Of a DNA stretch of 64,000 nucleotides, positions 63,261-64,000 are shown piece by piece. The stretch's first letter is position 1. Each line of letters begins with the position of its first letter. The DNA comes from Candidatus Krumholzibacteriota bacterium (GTDB lineage Bacteria; Krumholzibacteriota; Krumholzibacteriia; JAJRXK01), in assembly GCA_963764625.1 (NCBI GenBank), contig CAVXTH010000005.1:288001-352000 (forward strand). The letters are read 5' to 3'. The translations under genes and the position numbers were made by a program. Below the pieces are notes generated by a model. The model saw only the letters and a program-made list of their open reading frames with translations, made no database searches and was not told the origin of the DNA.

Positions 63261-63444
63261 GGATGGCCGCCCCCTCACGAGCGTAGAGGCGCTTCTGTGC
63301 CCTTAGAGCAGCAAAGGCCCATCATCGGAGCTCGAGGCTTAGCCGCGCCAAAGCTCGCGGAAGCGCCTCTCCGCTCCGATGATGGGCCTTTTCCTACTCT
63401 TTCCGCACAGCCAAGCCTCTACGCTCGTGAGGGGGCGGCCCTCC
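63261..63444. repeat. Nested long inverted repeat (~184 bp hairpin)
   Basis: Perfect 26-bp IR 63265-63290/63415-63440 and perfect 19-bp IR 63313-63331/63373-63391. Confidence 0.9.
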
Positions 63445-63448
63445 TGTT

Positions 63449-64000
63449 CTACTTGGTCCAGCGGTCGATCCACCCGATCACTTCTTCGTGCCACTGGATG
63501 CTGTTCTGCGGCTTCTGCACCCAGTGGTTCTCGTCGGGGAAGTAGATGAACTTGCTGGGAATTCCCAGACGCTGGCAGGCGTTGAATCCGCCAAGGCCGC
63601 CGCTGAGTTCCACGCGATAATCGCGTCCGCCGTGAATGATGAGCATCGGGGTCTTCCAGTTCTGCACGAAGTTCACCGGGTTCTGCTTCTCGTAGTGCTC
63701 CGGATCGGTCCACGGCTTTCCCATGTGATCCCATTCAGGGAACCAGAGTTCTTCGGTCTGGTAGTACGCCGCACGCTCATCCAGATTGCCGTCGTGACTC
63801 ACCAGGCAAGTGAATCGATCCGGCCAGTTGCCGGCAATCCAGTTGATCATGTACCCACCGTAGCTGGCTCCCAGCGCCGCCACCTTGTCGCCGTTCATCC
63901 ATGGATAGCGCGCGAGCGTGGCGGCAAGGCCTTCCTTCAAGTCGGTCAGAGGCTTTCCGCCCCAGTCGCCACGAATGGCATCACAGAAGGCCTGCCCGTA
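63449..64000 (-). CDS. S9 family peptidase, C-terminal part (runs off window end)
   Basis: GASYGG, HGGRDYRV, FPDENHW. Confidence 0.93.
   Translation of the reverse strand, partial: YGQAFCDAIRGDWGGKPLTDLKEGLAATLARYPWMNGDKVAALGASYGGYMINWIAGNWPDRFTCLVSHDGNLDERAAYYQTEELWFPEWDHMGKPWTDPEHYEKQNPVNFVQNWKTPMLIIHGGRDYRVELSGGLGGFNACQRLGIPSKFIYFPDENHWVQKPQNSIQWHEEVIGWIDRWTK

Overview
GC-rich bacterial chromosomal window with about 57 protein genes. I recognise no rRNA, tRNA, CRISPR array, integrase or transposase. A C-terminal FlgD-Ig sorting domain ('AFPNPFNPRTEIRF'), many lipoproteins and outer-membrane beta-barrels indicate a diderm organism, plausibly Krumholzibacteriota/Eisenbacteria/Latescibacterota (inference). 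At least 14 genes are split by single-base frameshifts, often in short homopolymers and including conserved genes (moaA, egtD), so these are probably long-read errors. Routine content: MoxR/DUF58/BatA, egtD-pepF, thyA-folA, ferredoxin, OmpA, ppx-DUF47-PiT, sdhCAB-moaA, moeB, yjbQ, two ECF/anti-sigma modules and many peptidases. Top candidate for a new system: a small ORF missing from the ORF track (39023, strong RBS, signal peptide) directly upstream of a TPR-repeat sigma54 enhancer-binding protein (39419-41857), resembling RRNPP-type peptide signalling but with sigma54 output. Other highlights: a stand-alone copy of a protease prodomain beside its serine protease, an HTH-TM-FG-GAP membrane sensor, a Cys-rich FecR anti-sigma coupled to TlpA, and three structured intergenic elements (15146-15338, 35878-36043, 63261-63444).
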